From an uncultured Acidobacteriota bacterium (GTDB lineage: Bacteria; Acidobacteriota; Thermoanaerobaculia; UBA5066; Gp7-AA6), in NCBI GenBank assembly GCA_963764715.1, contig CAVXTP010000021.1, positions 320,001 through 384,000 on the forward strand: DNA of 64,000 bases, in the 5' to 3' direction. The translations under genes and the position numbers were made by a program. Below are positions 20,036 through 29,701 of the stretch, piece by piece. The notes beneath the pieces were generated by a model. That model ran no database searches. It was given only the letters and a program-made list of their open reading frames with translations, and had not been told where the DNA came from. The stretch's first letter is position 1, and every line of letters starts with the position of its first letter.

Positions 20036-21799
20036 TCATGGCGGTCCGGCGCAGCCGGCCGTGATGTGCTCCGCGTAGAGCTGCTCGATCCAGGCGGCGA
20101 AAAGGGAAGGGCAGGTCACGTCGGCGAACTGGGGCTGGCAGGTCGGCGGAACGTAGCTTCCGCCGTGCTCGGTCTTCAGCAGGAAGACGGCCATCTGGGC
20201 GCGCGTGACGGGCGCGCCGGGGCAGAAGAGGCCCCCCCCACAGCCTCCGGTGATCCCCTCGGCCGCGAGCTGCTCGATCCAGTCGGCGAAGAGCGACGGA
20301 CACGGCACGTCGGGAAAGGTCCCGGTGCAGAAGGGGGGCGTGAACGCGGCGCCGTGCTCGGTCTTGAGGAGGAAGACCGCCATCTGCGCGCGCGAGATCG
20401 CGGAGAGCGGGCAGTAGTTGCCGCCGCCGCAACCGGCCGTGACGCCCTCGGCCGCGAGCTGTTCGATCCAGTCGGCGAACAGGCCGGGGCAGGCGACGTC
20501 CGAGAACTGGCCCGCGCAGGCCGGCGGAACGAACGCCGCGCCGTGAGCGATCTTCAGCAGGAAGACGGCCATCTGGTCGCGCCGTACCAGATTCTGGGGA
20601 CAGTAGAGGCGCGCCAGCCCCGGCAGCGTCAGACGGTAGATGGTGCCGTCGCCGTTGGCGCCGCCCGAGGCGGTGACGCCGTAGAACCGACCATCCGGGC
20701 TCTCAGTCAGCCCGGAAGAGGGGAAGCTTCCGGTGGGCTCGTCGAAATCATGCAGTTTCGTGTAGACCCCGTTGAGACTCAGCTGGTAGCTGGTCCCGCC
20801 GCCGTGGTCGCCGCCGAGCACGTTCACCCCGTACAGCAGCCCGTCGCTCCCCTGCATCGGCTGGCCGGGGCCGACGCCGTCATCGCCGGAGACGTCGAGG
20901 GAATGGATCGGCTGGAAGCTGCCACCGGTGGTCAGTCGAAAGACGGCGCCGCTGCCGGGCCCGCTGCACGCCCCCACCAGATCGCCGTCGACCGGAATGA
21001 GGCCGTCGATCGCGTCGTAACAGGAAGCCGGGTCGAAATCGTAGATCGTCGTGAGGTTCCCGTTCTGTGTGATCTGGAAGACCGTGCCGACGCCGTTCTG
21101 GCCGCCGCGCGAGGTGATGCCGTAGATGTTCCCGTTGTCGGCGAGGGCGAGTGAGCCTTTCGGCTGATTGCCCTCGTCGAGCGCGAACGCGTGCATCGTC
21201 GAGAAGCCGCCGTCGAAGCGGAGGCGAAAGACGGTCCCGCAGGAATCGTCCTCGGTGCAGGCGGGATCGCCTCCGACGATCGTCGTCCCCCAGAGGTCTC
21301 CCGGCTGGGGCTCGATCAGCCCCGCGGTCAGGCCGAATCCATCCGCGGTCTGGAAACGGTGGACGATCGCGAAGTTTCCATCCGTGTCGATCCGGTAAAC
21401 CGTTCCGCAAAGGGAGACGCAAAGCGTCGTCGAGCTGCCGTCGCCGGGTGTGATTCCGTAGAAGTTTCCGTCGCTCGCCAGCAGCAGGTCTCCCGCGGGG
21501 TTCTGGCCGTCGTCTCCTCCGGCGAACTCGTGGACCATCGTGACGGTTCCGAACCCGTCCATCCGAAAGACCGTGCCGCAGCCGCCGGTGCAGTTCGCGC
21601 TGCCGCCGAGCACGGTGACGCCGTAAAAGTTTCCGTCCGGCCCCAGGACGAGCCGCCCGTACGGTACCCTCGGATCGGCCGGCGCGGGCCCGAGGTCGTT
21701 GATGACGTCGTACGTCTGGGCGGGGAGGGCGAGCGGGCCCGTCGAGGCGAGAGCGATCGCCAGAAATCGGATCGGGAGAGACGAACGTCTTCTGGTCAT
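20036..21799 (-). CDS. Secreted Gloeo_Verruco (GloVer)-type repeat protein with SLH-like C-terminus
   Basis: ATG 21799; repeats of the form Pxx.L....DGNFYG.T..GG...GTVFR; then three SLH units; no IPT domain. Confidence 0.85.
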   Translation of the reverse strand: MTRRRSSLPIRFLAIALASTGPLALPAQTYDVINDLGPAPADPRVPYGRLVLGPDGNFYGVTVLGGSANCTGGCGTVFRMDGFGTVTMVHEFAGGDDGQNPAGDLLLASDGNFYGITPGDGSSTTLCVSLCGTVYRIDTDGNFAIVHRFQTADGFGLTAGLIEPQPGDLWGTTIVGGDPACTEDDSCGTVFRLRFDGGFSTMHAFALDEGNQPKGSLALADNGNIYGITSRGGQNGVGTVFQITQNGNLTTIYDFDPASCYDAIDGLIPVDGDLVGACSGPGSGAVFRLTTGGSFQPIHSLDVSGDDGVGPGQPMQGSDGLLYGVNVLGGDHGGGTSYQLSLNGVYTKLHDFDEPTGSFPSSGLTESPDGRFYGVTASGGANGDGTIYRLTLPGLARLYCPQNLVRRDQMAVFLLKIAHGAAFVPPACAGQFSDVACPGLFADWIEQLAAEGVTAGCGGGNYCPLSAISRAQMAVFLLKTEHGAAFTPPFCTGTFPDVPCPSLFADWIEQLAAEGITGGCGGGLFCPGAPVTRAQMAVFLLKTEHGGSYVPPTCQPQFADVTCPSLFAAWIEQLYAEHITAGCAGPP

Positions 21800-21807
21800 G
21801 CGGCGTC

Positions 21808-21864
21808 CTACTGAAGGGTGAAGGTCTTGACGATCAACACGGCCATCTGTCCGCGGGTGCCGGG
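21808..21864 (-). pseudogene. Orphan SLH tail remnant, in frame after the paralog 11 stop
   Basis: PGTRGQMAVLIVKTFTLQ* directly follows the TGA at 21865-21867. Confidence 0.85.
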
Positions 21865-24288
21865 TCATGGCAGAAGTCCGAAGGTCTTGACGATGAACGT
21901 CGCCATCTGTCCGCGCGTGATCGGGTTGCCGGGGCAGTAGAGAGGCGGAGAGACGCTGCAGCCGGCGGTGATGCCGCGGGCGACGAGGTCCTCGATCCAG
22001 TCGTCGGCGAAGGCGCCCTGGGGCACGTCGTCGAAGACCGTTCCGGTGGCGGGCGGAGGAACGTAGCCGGGCCCGTAGGCCGTGTTGAGGAGGAAGACGG
22101 CCATCTGGGCGCGCGTGACGGAAGCGGCCGGGCAGTAATTCCCGCTGCCGCACCCGGCGGTCAGGCCCTGCCGCTGGAGCTCCTCGATCCACGGGGCGTA
22201 GATGTTCGAGGCCGGCACGTCGGGAAAGACGGTGCCGGTCGCCGGCGGCGGGGTGAAGCAGAACCCGAGGCGGGCCTTGATGAGAAATACGGCCATCTGG
22301 CCGCGGGTCGTCGGGTTGTCGACGCAGTAGAAGCCGCCGCCGCAGCCGACCGTCACGCCGTTGGAGACGAGCCGCGTGACGAAGTCGTGGAACTGGTGCG
22401 CCGCCGGGACGTCCAGGAAGTCCGCCACCCAGCCCTTCAGGAGCGTGCCCGCCGTCGTGTCCGGGTTGGTGACGACGACGTCGTTGAGCGAGCCCGGCGG
22501 CAGAGCCGGGGCGTCGGCCGTGATCTTCGTGCCGCTCACGCGGACGACGTTGGAGGGCGCAACTCCGGCGATCGCGACGGAGACGGCCGGATCGAAGTTC
22601 GTGCCGGAGATCGAGACCGGCGTGCCGCCGGCGGCCGGGCCCGAGGCCGGCGTGATGGCGAAGACGATCTGCTGCGAGAACTCGGAAGTGTTCCCGTCGC
22701 CGTCGGTCGCCGTCGCCGAGACGGGGGACCCGGCGGGAATCGTGACCGAAAAGGTCGACGCCAGGTCGGCGAATCCGCTTGCATCCGTCACGTAGAGGGC
22801 CGACGCGAAGTAGTGCTCGCCCTGGAGGAAGTCGCGCGGCCGGAAGTTGCAGGCGTTCCAGTAGAAGTCGACGGTGACGGCCGTGTCGGGCGCGCCGCGG
22901 TACGCGCCCTCGATGTGCGTCGTGCCGGCGCCGGGCGTGACGGATCGGATGAGCGGAAAGTTCAGCAGGCCGTTCGAGCCCGTGTCGACGTCGCCGTCGT
23001 CGTTGGGCGTGACGCTGTCGTGATCGAGATCGATCCCCGTGGCCGGATACCCGGTCCCCGTGGTTTCCCGGTTGCGGAAGATGCTGTTGCGTCGAATCGA
23101 CGTCCGGAACGTGTTGGCCATCGCCACGCCGCTCGACCCGTTGTAGGCGATGACGTTCCCCACCCCGAGGCCGGTCCCTCCGATCTGGTTGTCCATGGGG
23201 AACGTGAATGCCCACCCGCTGTTGATGCCGCTCGCATAGTTTCCGAGCGCCGCCGTGCCGTTGACGTCCGTGCCGATCCGATTCCCCTGGATCGTGTTGT
23301 CGCTTCCTCCCCAGAGCTGAATCCCGTGGAGTCCGTTGGCGGAGATGACGTTGCCCTCGCCCGCCCCGCCACCGCCGACGAGGTTGCCGTTGGAGCCGAG
23401 GTAGATGCCGGACCCGCTGTTCGGAAGCGCGTCGGTTCCGGTGACGTCGGTTCCGATGAAGTTCCCCTGGATGGTCCACCCGTCGGCGAGATACAGGTTG
23501 AGTCCGGAGCCGTCGTTGCCGGACACGACGTTCCGAGAGCCGGGCGCCGCGCCGCCGATCACGCCCGATCCGGAAGTGACCACTCTGATTCCGTCCGATC
23601 CGTTGCCGACCGGTGCCGTCGCGCCCCGGTTCGTTCCGACGAAGTTGCCGACGATGACGTTGCCGCTTCCGCCGTCCACGGCGACCCCGTCGTTCGTGTT
23701 TCCCGAGATGAGATTGCGGGCGCCGGGAGTCGTTCCGCCGATGCGGTTGTTCTCGGAGCTGACGCGGATGCCGGTGTCGTTGGCGAGGGCCGACGTGCCG
23801 GCGGCGTTCGTGCCGATGAAGTTGCCCTCGACGACGTGTCCGCCGGTCCCGCCTGCGTAAACCCCGGCGCCGTAGACCCCGGCGCCGACACGGTTGATGA
23901 CGAGGCCGCGAATCGTGCTCCCGGAGCCCTGGAGCTCGAGGCCGTTGAAGCCGGCTGCGAGATTCGTGGCGTCGATCTCGATGAGGAGCACCGCGTCGTT
24001 GCCATCGGCCAGCGTGTTGGGTGAGGCGCCCGGCTGCGAGTAGCCGTCGATCGTGACGAACTCCGTGATCGCCGGCAGCGGCGTCAGCGGCGTGATCGTG
24101 TGGACCCCGGCGCCGGGGATGTTGAACACGATGAGGTCCTGTCCGGACAGGGCGTTCGCGTCGAGGATCGCCTGGCGCAAAGATCCCGCGCCGGAGTCGC
24201 TCGTGTTGACGACGGTGAAGGTGACTCCACCGGCCAGCAGCGGTCCGGCGGCCGCCAGAAGCAACGCGCCGGCGGCAAGACGCATCAT
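21865..24288 (-). CDS. Beta-helix/IPT/SLH surface protein (paralog 11)
   Basis: Likely start ATG 24288 ([11 protein letters not shown]); alternative in-frame ATG at 24378. Confidence 0.85.
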   Translation of the reverse strand: MMRLAAGALLLAAAGPLLAGGVTFTVVNTSDSGAGSLRQAILDANALSGQDLIVFNIPGAGVHTITPLTPLPAITEFVTIDGYSQPGASPNTLADGNDAVLLIEIDATNLAAGFNGLELQGSGSTIRGLVINRVGAGVYGAGVYAGGTGGHVVEGNFIGTNAAGTSALANDTGIRVSSENNRIGGTTPGARNLISGNTNDGVAVDGGSGNVIVGNFVGTNRGATAPVGNGSDGIRVVTSGSGVIGGAAPGSRNVVSGNDGSGLNLYLADGWTIQGNFIGTDVTGTDALPNSGSGIYLGSNGNLVGGGGAGEGNVISANGLHGIQLWGGSDNTIQGNRIGTDVNGTAALGNYASGINSGWAFTFPMDNQIGGTGLGVGNVIAYNGSSGVAMANTFRTSIRRNSIFRNRETTGTGYPATGIDLDHDSVTPNDDGDVDTGSNGLLNFPLIRSVTPGAGTTHIEGAYRGAPDTAVTVDFYWNACNFRPRDFLQGEHYFASALYVTDASGFADLASTFSVTIPAGSPVSATATDGDGNTSEFSQQIVFAITPASGPAAGGTPVSISGTNFDPAVSVAIAGVAPSNVVRVSGTKITADAPALPPGSLNDVVVTNPDTTAGTLLKGWVADFLDVPAAHQFHDFVTRLVSNGVTVGCGGGFYCVDNPTTRGQMAVFLIKARLGFCFTPPPATGTVFPDVPASNIYAPWIEELQRQGLTAGCGSGNYCPAASVTRAQMAVFLLNTAYGPGYVPPPATGTVFDDVPQGAFADDWIEDLVARGITAGCSVSPPLYCPGNPITRGQMATFIVKTFGLLP

Positions 24289-24305
24289 CCTGTCGCGCCA
24301 CGGAG

Positions 24306-24344
24306 AAAAAGCGCCGGGGCGGCTGAGTGCCTGGCCACCCCGGC
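24306..24344 (-). terminator. Intrinsic terminator/attenuator-like hairpin
   Basis: Minus strand GCCGGGGTGGC-N10-GCCGCCCCGGC then GCTTTTT. Confidence 0.5.
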
Positions 24345-24374
24345 TTAACGCGACGGCCTTCGGAGGACGACTCG

Positions 24375-24482
24375 TCATTGCAGGTTGAAGGTCTTGACGA
24401 TGACCCGACCACCGGAGGCAGACCCCCGGCAGTAGGGAACGCCGTGCGAAGCACGGCGGTAACTGTCCGCTGAGCCTTGACC
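24375..24482. repeat. REP-like element copy 2 plus displaced tail IVKTFNLQ*
   Basis: Same core (GTAG 24432, hairpin 24440-24458); 24375-24403 encodes IVKTFNLQ* on the minus strand. Confidence 0.85.
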
Positions 24483-24508
24483 GACGGGACGTCGTGTCAT
24501 CACTGCTG

Positions 24509-26710
24509 TCACTGAAGTGAGAAGGTCTTCACAATAAACACGGCCATCTGTCCGCGGGTGCTCGAGTTGTCGGGGCAGTAGAGGGGCGGCATGGCCTGAC
24601 ATCCGCCGGTGATCTGCTCGGCGGCGAGGCGCTCGATGAAGTCGACGGCGGGCGCGCCCGGGCAGGCGACGTCCTCGAACACGCCGGCGCAGGCGGGCGG
24701 GACGTAGCTCGAGCCGTACTTGGTCTTGAGGAGGAAGACCGCCATCTGTCGTCGGGTAACGAGGTTGTTGGGGCAGAAGTTGCCTCCGCCGCAGCCGGTG
24801 GTGATGCCCTGGGCGGCAAGCTCCTCGATCCAGTCGGCGAAGGTCGAGGGGCAGGCGACGTCGGGGAAGGTGCCGGAGCAGGGGGGCGGGACGAAGCAGA
24901 GACCGTTCTTTCCCTTCAGCAGGAAGACCGCCATCTGCTGGCGCTTGGTGCCCTGGTCGACGCCGTAGAGGCCGCCCCCGACGCCGACCGTGATCCCGTT
25001 GGAAACGAGGGTCGTGACGAAGTTGTAGAAGATGTGCGCGCCGGGAACGTCGAGAAAGTCGGAGACCCAGCCGTTGACGAGAGTGCCGACCGTGCCGTCC
25101 GGCGTCGTCGCGACGACGTTGTGGACCGTGCCCGGAGCCTGCGCCGGGGACGAAACCGAGAGCTGATGATCGTTGAGGAAGGTCACGGTCGCCGCGGCGC
25201 TGCCGAAGGTCAGCGTCGTCGGGTCGGCGAAGTCGGTGCCGTGGACCTCGATCGGCATTCCGCCCGTCGAAGGACCGGAGGCCGGGAAGATCGAAAAGAG
25301 GATCCGCTGCGAATATTCGGAGGTGTTGCCATTCGGGTCGGTTGCGGTGATCGAGATGCGCGCGCCGGCCTCGGTCTCGACCGGCAGAGTGACGTCGATC
25401 GCGAAGTCTCCGTTGGAGTCGGTCGTCGCCTGGGAGGAGCCGAGATAGACCTCGCCTTCGACGAACTCGCGCGGGAAGTCGGCGCAGGCCGGATTGGAGT
25501 GGAAATCGAGCGTGAACGTGGTCGACGGAGTGCTGTTGAACTTGGCCACGATCCTCGTGCTGCCCGCACCCTGGGGGCCGAGGTGCTCGACCTGCCGGAT
25601 GATCGGGAAGTTCTGCGAATGGTTCGCTCCGTCGTCGGCGTCCTGCGGGTCGTTGAAGTGGGGTTCTCCGCCGCCCAGACCGATGCCGAGCCCGCCATTG
25701 TCGTGGATCGAGTTGCCCCGGATCGGGTCGTCGAAGCCTCCGGCCTCGATGCGGACCCCGTCGGCGCTGTTGTAGGCAATCTCGTTGGCCTCGCCCGGGC
25801 CGACTCCGCCGATGATGTTGTCGTTCCCGCCCGTCGTCGTCTGGATGCCGAAGCCGTTCCCGAGCGGGCCCGTCCCCGCGGCGTTCACTCCAATCCGGTT
25901 GCTGCGCACGACGTTCAAACCGCCGGCCTGGGAGAGAACGACGCCGATCCCGTTGCCCGAGATGACGTTGCCTTCGCCGGCGCCGGAGCCGCCGATCGTC
26001 GTGCCCGTTCCGCTGAAGTTCGCGCAGAAGATCCCGCTCTGCGTGTTGCCCATCGGGAGCATGCCCGTCGCGTCGGTGCCGATGAGATTGCCCCGGATCA
26101 GGGTGCCGTGCTCCTGCACGTAGACGCCGTGAGAATTCCCGGAGATCAGGTTCCTTTCGGCCGGGGTCGCCCCGCCGATGATCGTGCCGCTCGCGGCCGG
26201 GCTGATGGCGGTGCCGTTCCCCAGCGCGTTGGCGCCGCTCGGATCGGTCCCGAGGAAATTGCCGGTGATCATCGTCCCGACGGGAGCGCCGGCAGCCTGG
26301 ATCGCGAGCGTGCCCCATCGGTTCATGACGAGTCCGCGGACCGTCGGCGGGCCCACGCTGGTGAAATTGAACCCGATTCCTCCCGCGGCCATCGCGCTGC
26401 CGTCGAGCTCGATGAGCAGCACGGCGTTCGTGCCGACGGGGTCGGTGTTTACGCTCGCGCCCGGCTGGGTGTAGCCGTCGATGACGACCGCTTCCAGGAT
26501 GGTGTCGAAATTCGTCGCGGGCGAGATCGTGTGGACCCCGGCCCCTGGGATGTTGAACGCGATCGTGTCGGGTCCGACAGTCGCATTCGCGTCGAGGATC
26601 GCCTGGCGCAGCGACCCCGCGCCCGAGTCGTTCGTGTTCGTCACCGTGAAGGTGGCGGCCGCCAACGGGCCAGCGAGAACATGGAGAACGATCCCGACGA
26701 GCGTTTTCAT
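24509..26710 (-). CDS. Beta-helix/IPT/SLH surface protein (paralog 12)
   Basis: 733 aa, same architecture. Confidence 0.9.
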   Translation of the reverse strand: MKTLVGIVLHVLAGPLAAATFTVTNTNDSGAGSLRQAILDANATVGPDTIAFNIPGAGVHTISPATNFDTILEAVVIDGYTQPGASVNTDPVGTNAVLLIELDGSAMAAGGIGFNFTSVGPPTVRGLVMNRWGTLAIQAAGAPVGTMITGNFLGTDPSGANALGNGTAISPAASGTIIGGATPAERNLISGNSHGVYVQEHGTLIRGNLIGTDATGMLPMGNTQSGIFCANFSGTGTTIGGSGAGEGNVISGNGIGVVLSQAGGLNVVRSNRIGVNAAGTGPLGNGFGIQTTTGGNDNIIGGVGPGEANEIAYNSADGVRIEAGGFDDPIRGNSIHDNGGLGIGLGGGEPHFNDPQDADDGANHSQNFPIIRQVEHLGPQGAGSTRIVAKFNSTPSTTFTLDFHSNPACADFPREFVEGEVYLGSSQATTDSNGDFAIDVTLPVETEAGARISITATDPNGNTSEYSQRILFSIFPASGPSTGGMPIEVHGTDFADPTTLTFGSAAATVTFLNDHQLSVSSPAQAPGTVHNVVATTPDGTVGTLVNGWVSDFLDVPGAHIFYNFVTTLVSNGITVGVGGGLYGVDQGTKRQQMAVFLLKGKNGLCFVPPPCSGTFPDVACPSTFADWIEELAAQGITTGCGGGNFCPNNLVTRRQMAVFLLKTKYGSSYVPPACAGVFEDVACPGAPAVDFIERLAAEQITGGCQAMPPLYCPDNSSTRGQMAVFIVKTFSLQ

Positions 26711-26717
26711 TGGTCTC

Positions 26718-28916
26718 CTACTGCAGGCCGAACGTCTTGGTGATGAAGACGGCCATCTGCCCTCGCGTCGAGGAGTTGTCGGGACAGTACAGAGGCGGCA
26801 TGGCGGAGCAGCCGCCGGTGATCTGCTCGGCGGCGAGGCGTTCGATGAAGTCGACGGCGGGCGCTCCCGGGCACGGGACGTCGTCGAAAACGCCGGTGCA
26901 GGCGGGCGGGACGTAGGACGAGCCGTACTTCGTCTTCAGCAGGAAGACGGCCATCTGCCTCCGTGTCACGAGGTTGTTGGGGCAGAAGTTGCCCCCGCCG
27001 CAGCCGGTGGTGATGCCCTGGGCCGCGAGCTCCTCGATCCAGTCGGCGAAGGTCGAGGGGCAGGCGACGTCGGGGAAGGTTCCGGAGCAGGTGGGCGGGA
27101 CGTAGCAGAGGCCGTTTTTTGCCTTGAGCAGGAAGACGGCCATCTGCTGGCGCTTGGTGCCCTGGTCGACGCCGTAAAGACCTCCGCCGACTCCGGCGGT
27201 GATGCCGTTGGAGACGAGGGTGACGACGAAGGAGTGGAACTGGTGACCGCTGGGGACGTCGAGGAAGTCCGAGACCCAGCCCTTGACCAGGGTGGCCGTG
27301 GTTCCGTCCGGGGTCGAGGCGACGACGTCGTGCGAAGTCCCCGGGGGAAAGGCCGGCATCGTGCCGCCGAGCGAGTGGTCGTTGACGAAGGTCACGCCGT
27401 CGGCCGGGACGCCGCCCACGGTCAGCGTCGTGGGATCGGCGAAGTCGGTGCCGGACGCCGTGAACGGCGTGCCTCCGTCGGCCGGCCCCGAAGCCGGGCT
27501 GATCGCGAAGAGGATGCGCTGCGAGAACTCCGACGTGTTGCCGTTGGAATCGGTCGCCGTTGCGGAGATCCGGGCGCCGGCTTCGGTCTCGACGGGCAGC
27601 GTGACGTCGATCGAGGCGTTGCCGCCGGCGTCGGTCGTGACCTGGGACGATCCGAGGTAGACCTCGCCCTCGGCGAGCTCGCGCGGAAATTTCGCGCACG
27701 CGGGATTGGAGTAGAAGTCGAGATCGAAGGTGGTCGAGGGCGCGCTGTTGAATTTGCCCAGGATCCGCGTGCTTCCGGCGCCCTGCGGGGCCGAATGCTC
27801 GATTGACTGCAGGATCGGATAGTTCTGCAGGCCGTTGACACCGACATCGGCATCCAGCGGGTCGTTGAACCCCGGACCGACGTCGCCGAGGTCGATGCCC
27901 AGGCCCCCATTGTCGTGGATCGAGTTGCCCCGGATCTCGTTCTTCGAGCCCCCGTTGGTCGTCACGATGACGCCGGAGGCGGAATTGAAGGCGATGACGT
28001 TCGACTCGCCCGGCGCGAACCCGCCGATCGTCGTCGTGTCGCCACCGACGTTCATGACGATGCCGTCGCCGTTGCCGAGCGGCCCGTTGCCGTCGGCCGT
28101 CGTCCCGATGCGATTGCCAAAGACGACGTGGTTGGTGTTGCTCTGCGAGAGAAAGATCCCGATCCCGTTGCCGGAGATGACGTTGCCGGCGCCGGACACG
28201 GTTCCCCCGATCGTCACCGGCGCGCTCGAGGCGAGGATGCCGATGCCGTTCGAAATGGCGCGAGTCCCCGTCGCGTCGGTCCCGACCAGGTTGCCTTGAA
28301 TGAGGCCGTTCGGGCCCAGGCCGATCGCCGCGTTGAGGCAGCAGGCGGCGTTGCCGGAGATGAGGTTCCGGTCGCCGGGCGCCGTCCCCCCGACCCGCTC
28401 GCCCGGCGCACCCGCGTTCACGCCCCCGCTGTTGGGCTGCGCGAAGGCGCCCGTGGGGTCCGTCCCCACGAAATTGCCTCGGAAGACGTTGCCGCCGCCG
28501 CCGAAGCTGTGCACGGGCGTGCCCCAGCGATTGATCGCCAGGCCCTGGATCGTCGCGCCGCCGTTGGGTGAGACGGAAAGGCCGACCCCTCCGATCGCGC
28601 TCCCGTCGAGCTCGATGAGGATGACGGCGTTGGTGGCGATGGGGGCCGTGTTCTCGCTCGCGCCGGGCTGTGAGTAGCCGTCGAGCAGGGCGGCTTCGGA
28701 GAGGGCCGGCAATACCGCCGCGGGCGTGATCGTGTGGACGCCGGCGCCCGGAATGGCGAATGCGATGGTGTCGAAGCCCGGGGTGCCGTTGGCGTCGAGG
28801 ATCGCCTGTCGCAGCGACCCCGCGCCCGAGTCCCCGGTATTCGTCACCGTGAATGTGGCCGCCGGGAGCTGGCACGAGGCCATGAGGAGAAGACCCGCGG
28901 TGAGCCGAAACTTCAT
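26718..28916 (-). CDS. Beta-helix/IPT/SLH surface protein (paralog 13, head of array A)
   Basis: ATG 28916 (MKFRLTAGLLL), RBS AGGAG. Confidence 0.88.
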   Translation of the reverse strand: MKFRLTAGLLLMASCQLPAATFTVTNTGDSGAGSLRQAILDANGTPGFDTIAFAIPGAGVHTITPAAVLPALSEAALLDGYSQPGASENTAPIATNAVILIELDGSAIGGVGLSVSPNGGATIQGLAINRWGTPVHSFGGGGNVFRGNFVGTDPTGAFAQPNSGGVNAGAPGERVGGTAPGDRNLISGNAACCLNAAIGLGPNGLIQGNLVGTDATGTRAISNGIGILASSAPVTIGGTVSGAGNVISGNGIGIFLSQSNTNHVVFGNRIGTTADGNGPLGNGDGIVMNVGGDTTTIGGFAPGESNVIAFNSASGVIVTTNGGSKNEIRGNSIHDNGGLGIDLGDVGPGFNDPLDADVGVNGLQNYPILQSIEHSAPQGAGSTRILGKFNSAPSTTFDLDFYSNPACAKFPRELAEGEVYLGSSQVTTDAGGNASIDVTLPVETEAGARISATATDSNGNTSEFSQRILFAISPASGPADGGTPFTASGTDFADPTTLTVGGVPADGVTFVNDHSLGGTMPAFPPGTSHDVVASTPDGTTATLVKGWVSDFLDVPSGHQFHSFVVTLVSNGITAGVGGGLYGVDQGTKRQQMAVFLLKAKNGLCYVPPTCSGTFPDVACPSTFADWIEELAAQGITTGCGGGNFCPNNLVTRRQMAVFLLKTKYGSSYVPPACTGVFDDVPCPGAPAVDFIERLAAEQITGGCSAMPPLYCPDNSSTRGQMAVFITKTFGLQ

Positions 28917-29113
28917 CGGAAGGCTCCTGGTCAAAATGCCTGGAACGACGGCTCGGGGCGGGCGGCACGCACCCGTCCTGCTTACATCCGCGAGAAAGCG
29001 CGACAAACCGTGTCAACCCGCTACAGCCGGACGGCGGGATCTGAGTCCAAGCCTCTGCCGGTGCTCGAGTTATGCCCCGATTCGGAGTTCGTATCTAATA
29101 GCGGCACACGACC

Positions 29114-29701
29114 ATGGAAACCAGGGACGGGAATCCCCCCGGCGAGGTGACCCGCCTCCTGCTGGCGTGGAATGCCGGCGATCGGGCGGCGCTCGAGCGG
29201 CTGATGCCGCTCGTGTACGGGGAATTGCGCCGTCTCGCCGAGCGCCACTTCCGGCGGGAACGCCCGGGGCACACCCTCCAGCCGACCGCGGTCGTCCACG
29301 AGGCGTACTTCCGGCTGATCGACCAGACCCGCGTCACCTGGCGCAACCGCGGCCACTTCCTGGCGATCGCCTCGCAGGCGATGCGGCGGATCCTGATCGA
29401 CCATGCGCGAGGCCGGGACGCCGAAAAGCGTGGCGGCCGAGCCGAGCGCGTGACGCTCGACCTCGGCATGGAGCTGGCGTCGCCCGAGCCGGGTCGCGTC
29501 GTCGACCTTCTCGCCCTCGACGAGGCCCTCGAGCGGCTCAAGACGCTCGACGGCGCCCAGGCGCAGATCGTGGAGCTGCGCTTCTTCGGCGGCCTCACCA
29601 TCGAAGAGGCGGCCGACGTGATGGAGACCTCGCCCTCTTCGGCCAAGCGGGATTTCCGTTCGGCGAAAGCCTGGCTCTACCGCGAGCTCGGACTGGGATG
29701 A
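29114..29701 (+). CDS. ECF sigma factor, TIGR02999/ECF43-like
   Basis: VTRLLLAW..GD..ALERLMPLVYGELRRLA, TLQPTAVVHEAY, AMRRILIDHAR, VELRFFGGLT region 4. Confidence 0.92.
   Translation: METRDGNPPGEVTRLLLAWNAGDRAALERLMPLVYGELRRLAERHFRRERPGHTLQPTAVVHEAYFRLIDQTRVTWRNRGHFLAIASQAMRRILIDHARGRDAEKRGGRAERVTLDLGMELASPEPGRVVDLLALDEALERLKTLDGAQAQIVELRFFGGLTIEEAADVMETSPSSAKRDFRSAKAWLYRELGLG

Noticed and set aside
24340-24480. Known riboswitch (e.g. c-di-GMP) upstream of paralog 11
   Set aside because: No recognisable aptamer consensus by eye; an Rfam/Infernal scan would be decisive
8076-24482. Diversity-generating retroelement (orphan tail as template repeat, hairpin as IMH-associated structure)
   Set aside because: No reverse transcriptase or Avd in the window; differences are not adenine-specific by eye; the repeated region is the conserved anchor, not the variable part
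28726-29697. N-terminal extension of the kinase ORF (1138 aa call)
   Set aside because: Overlaps the sigma gene in another frame; the kinase begins at ATG 29698 (MTPERW...)
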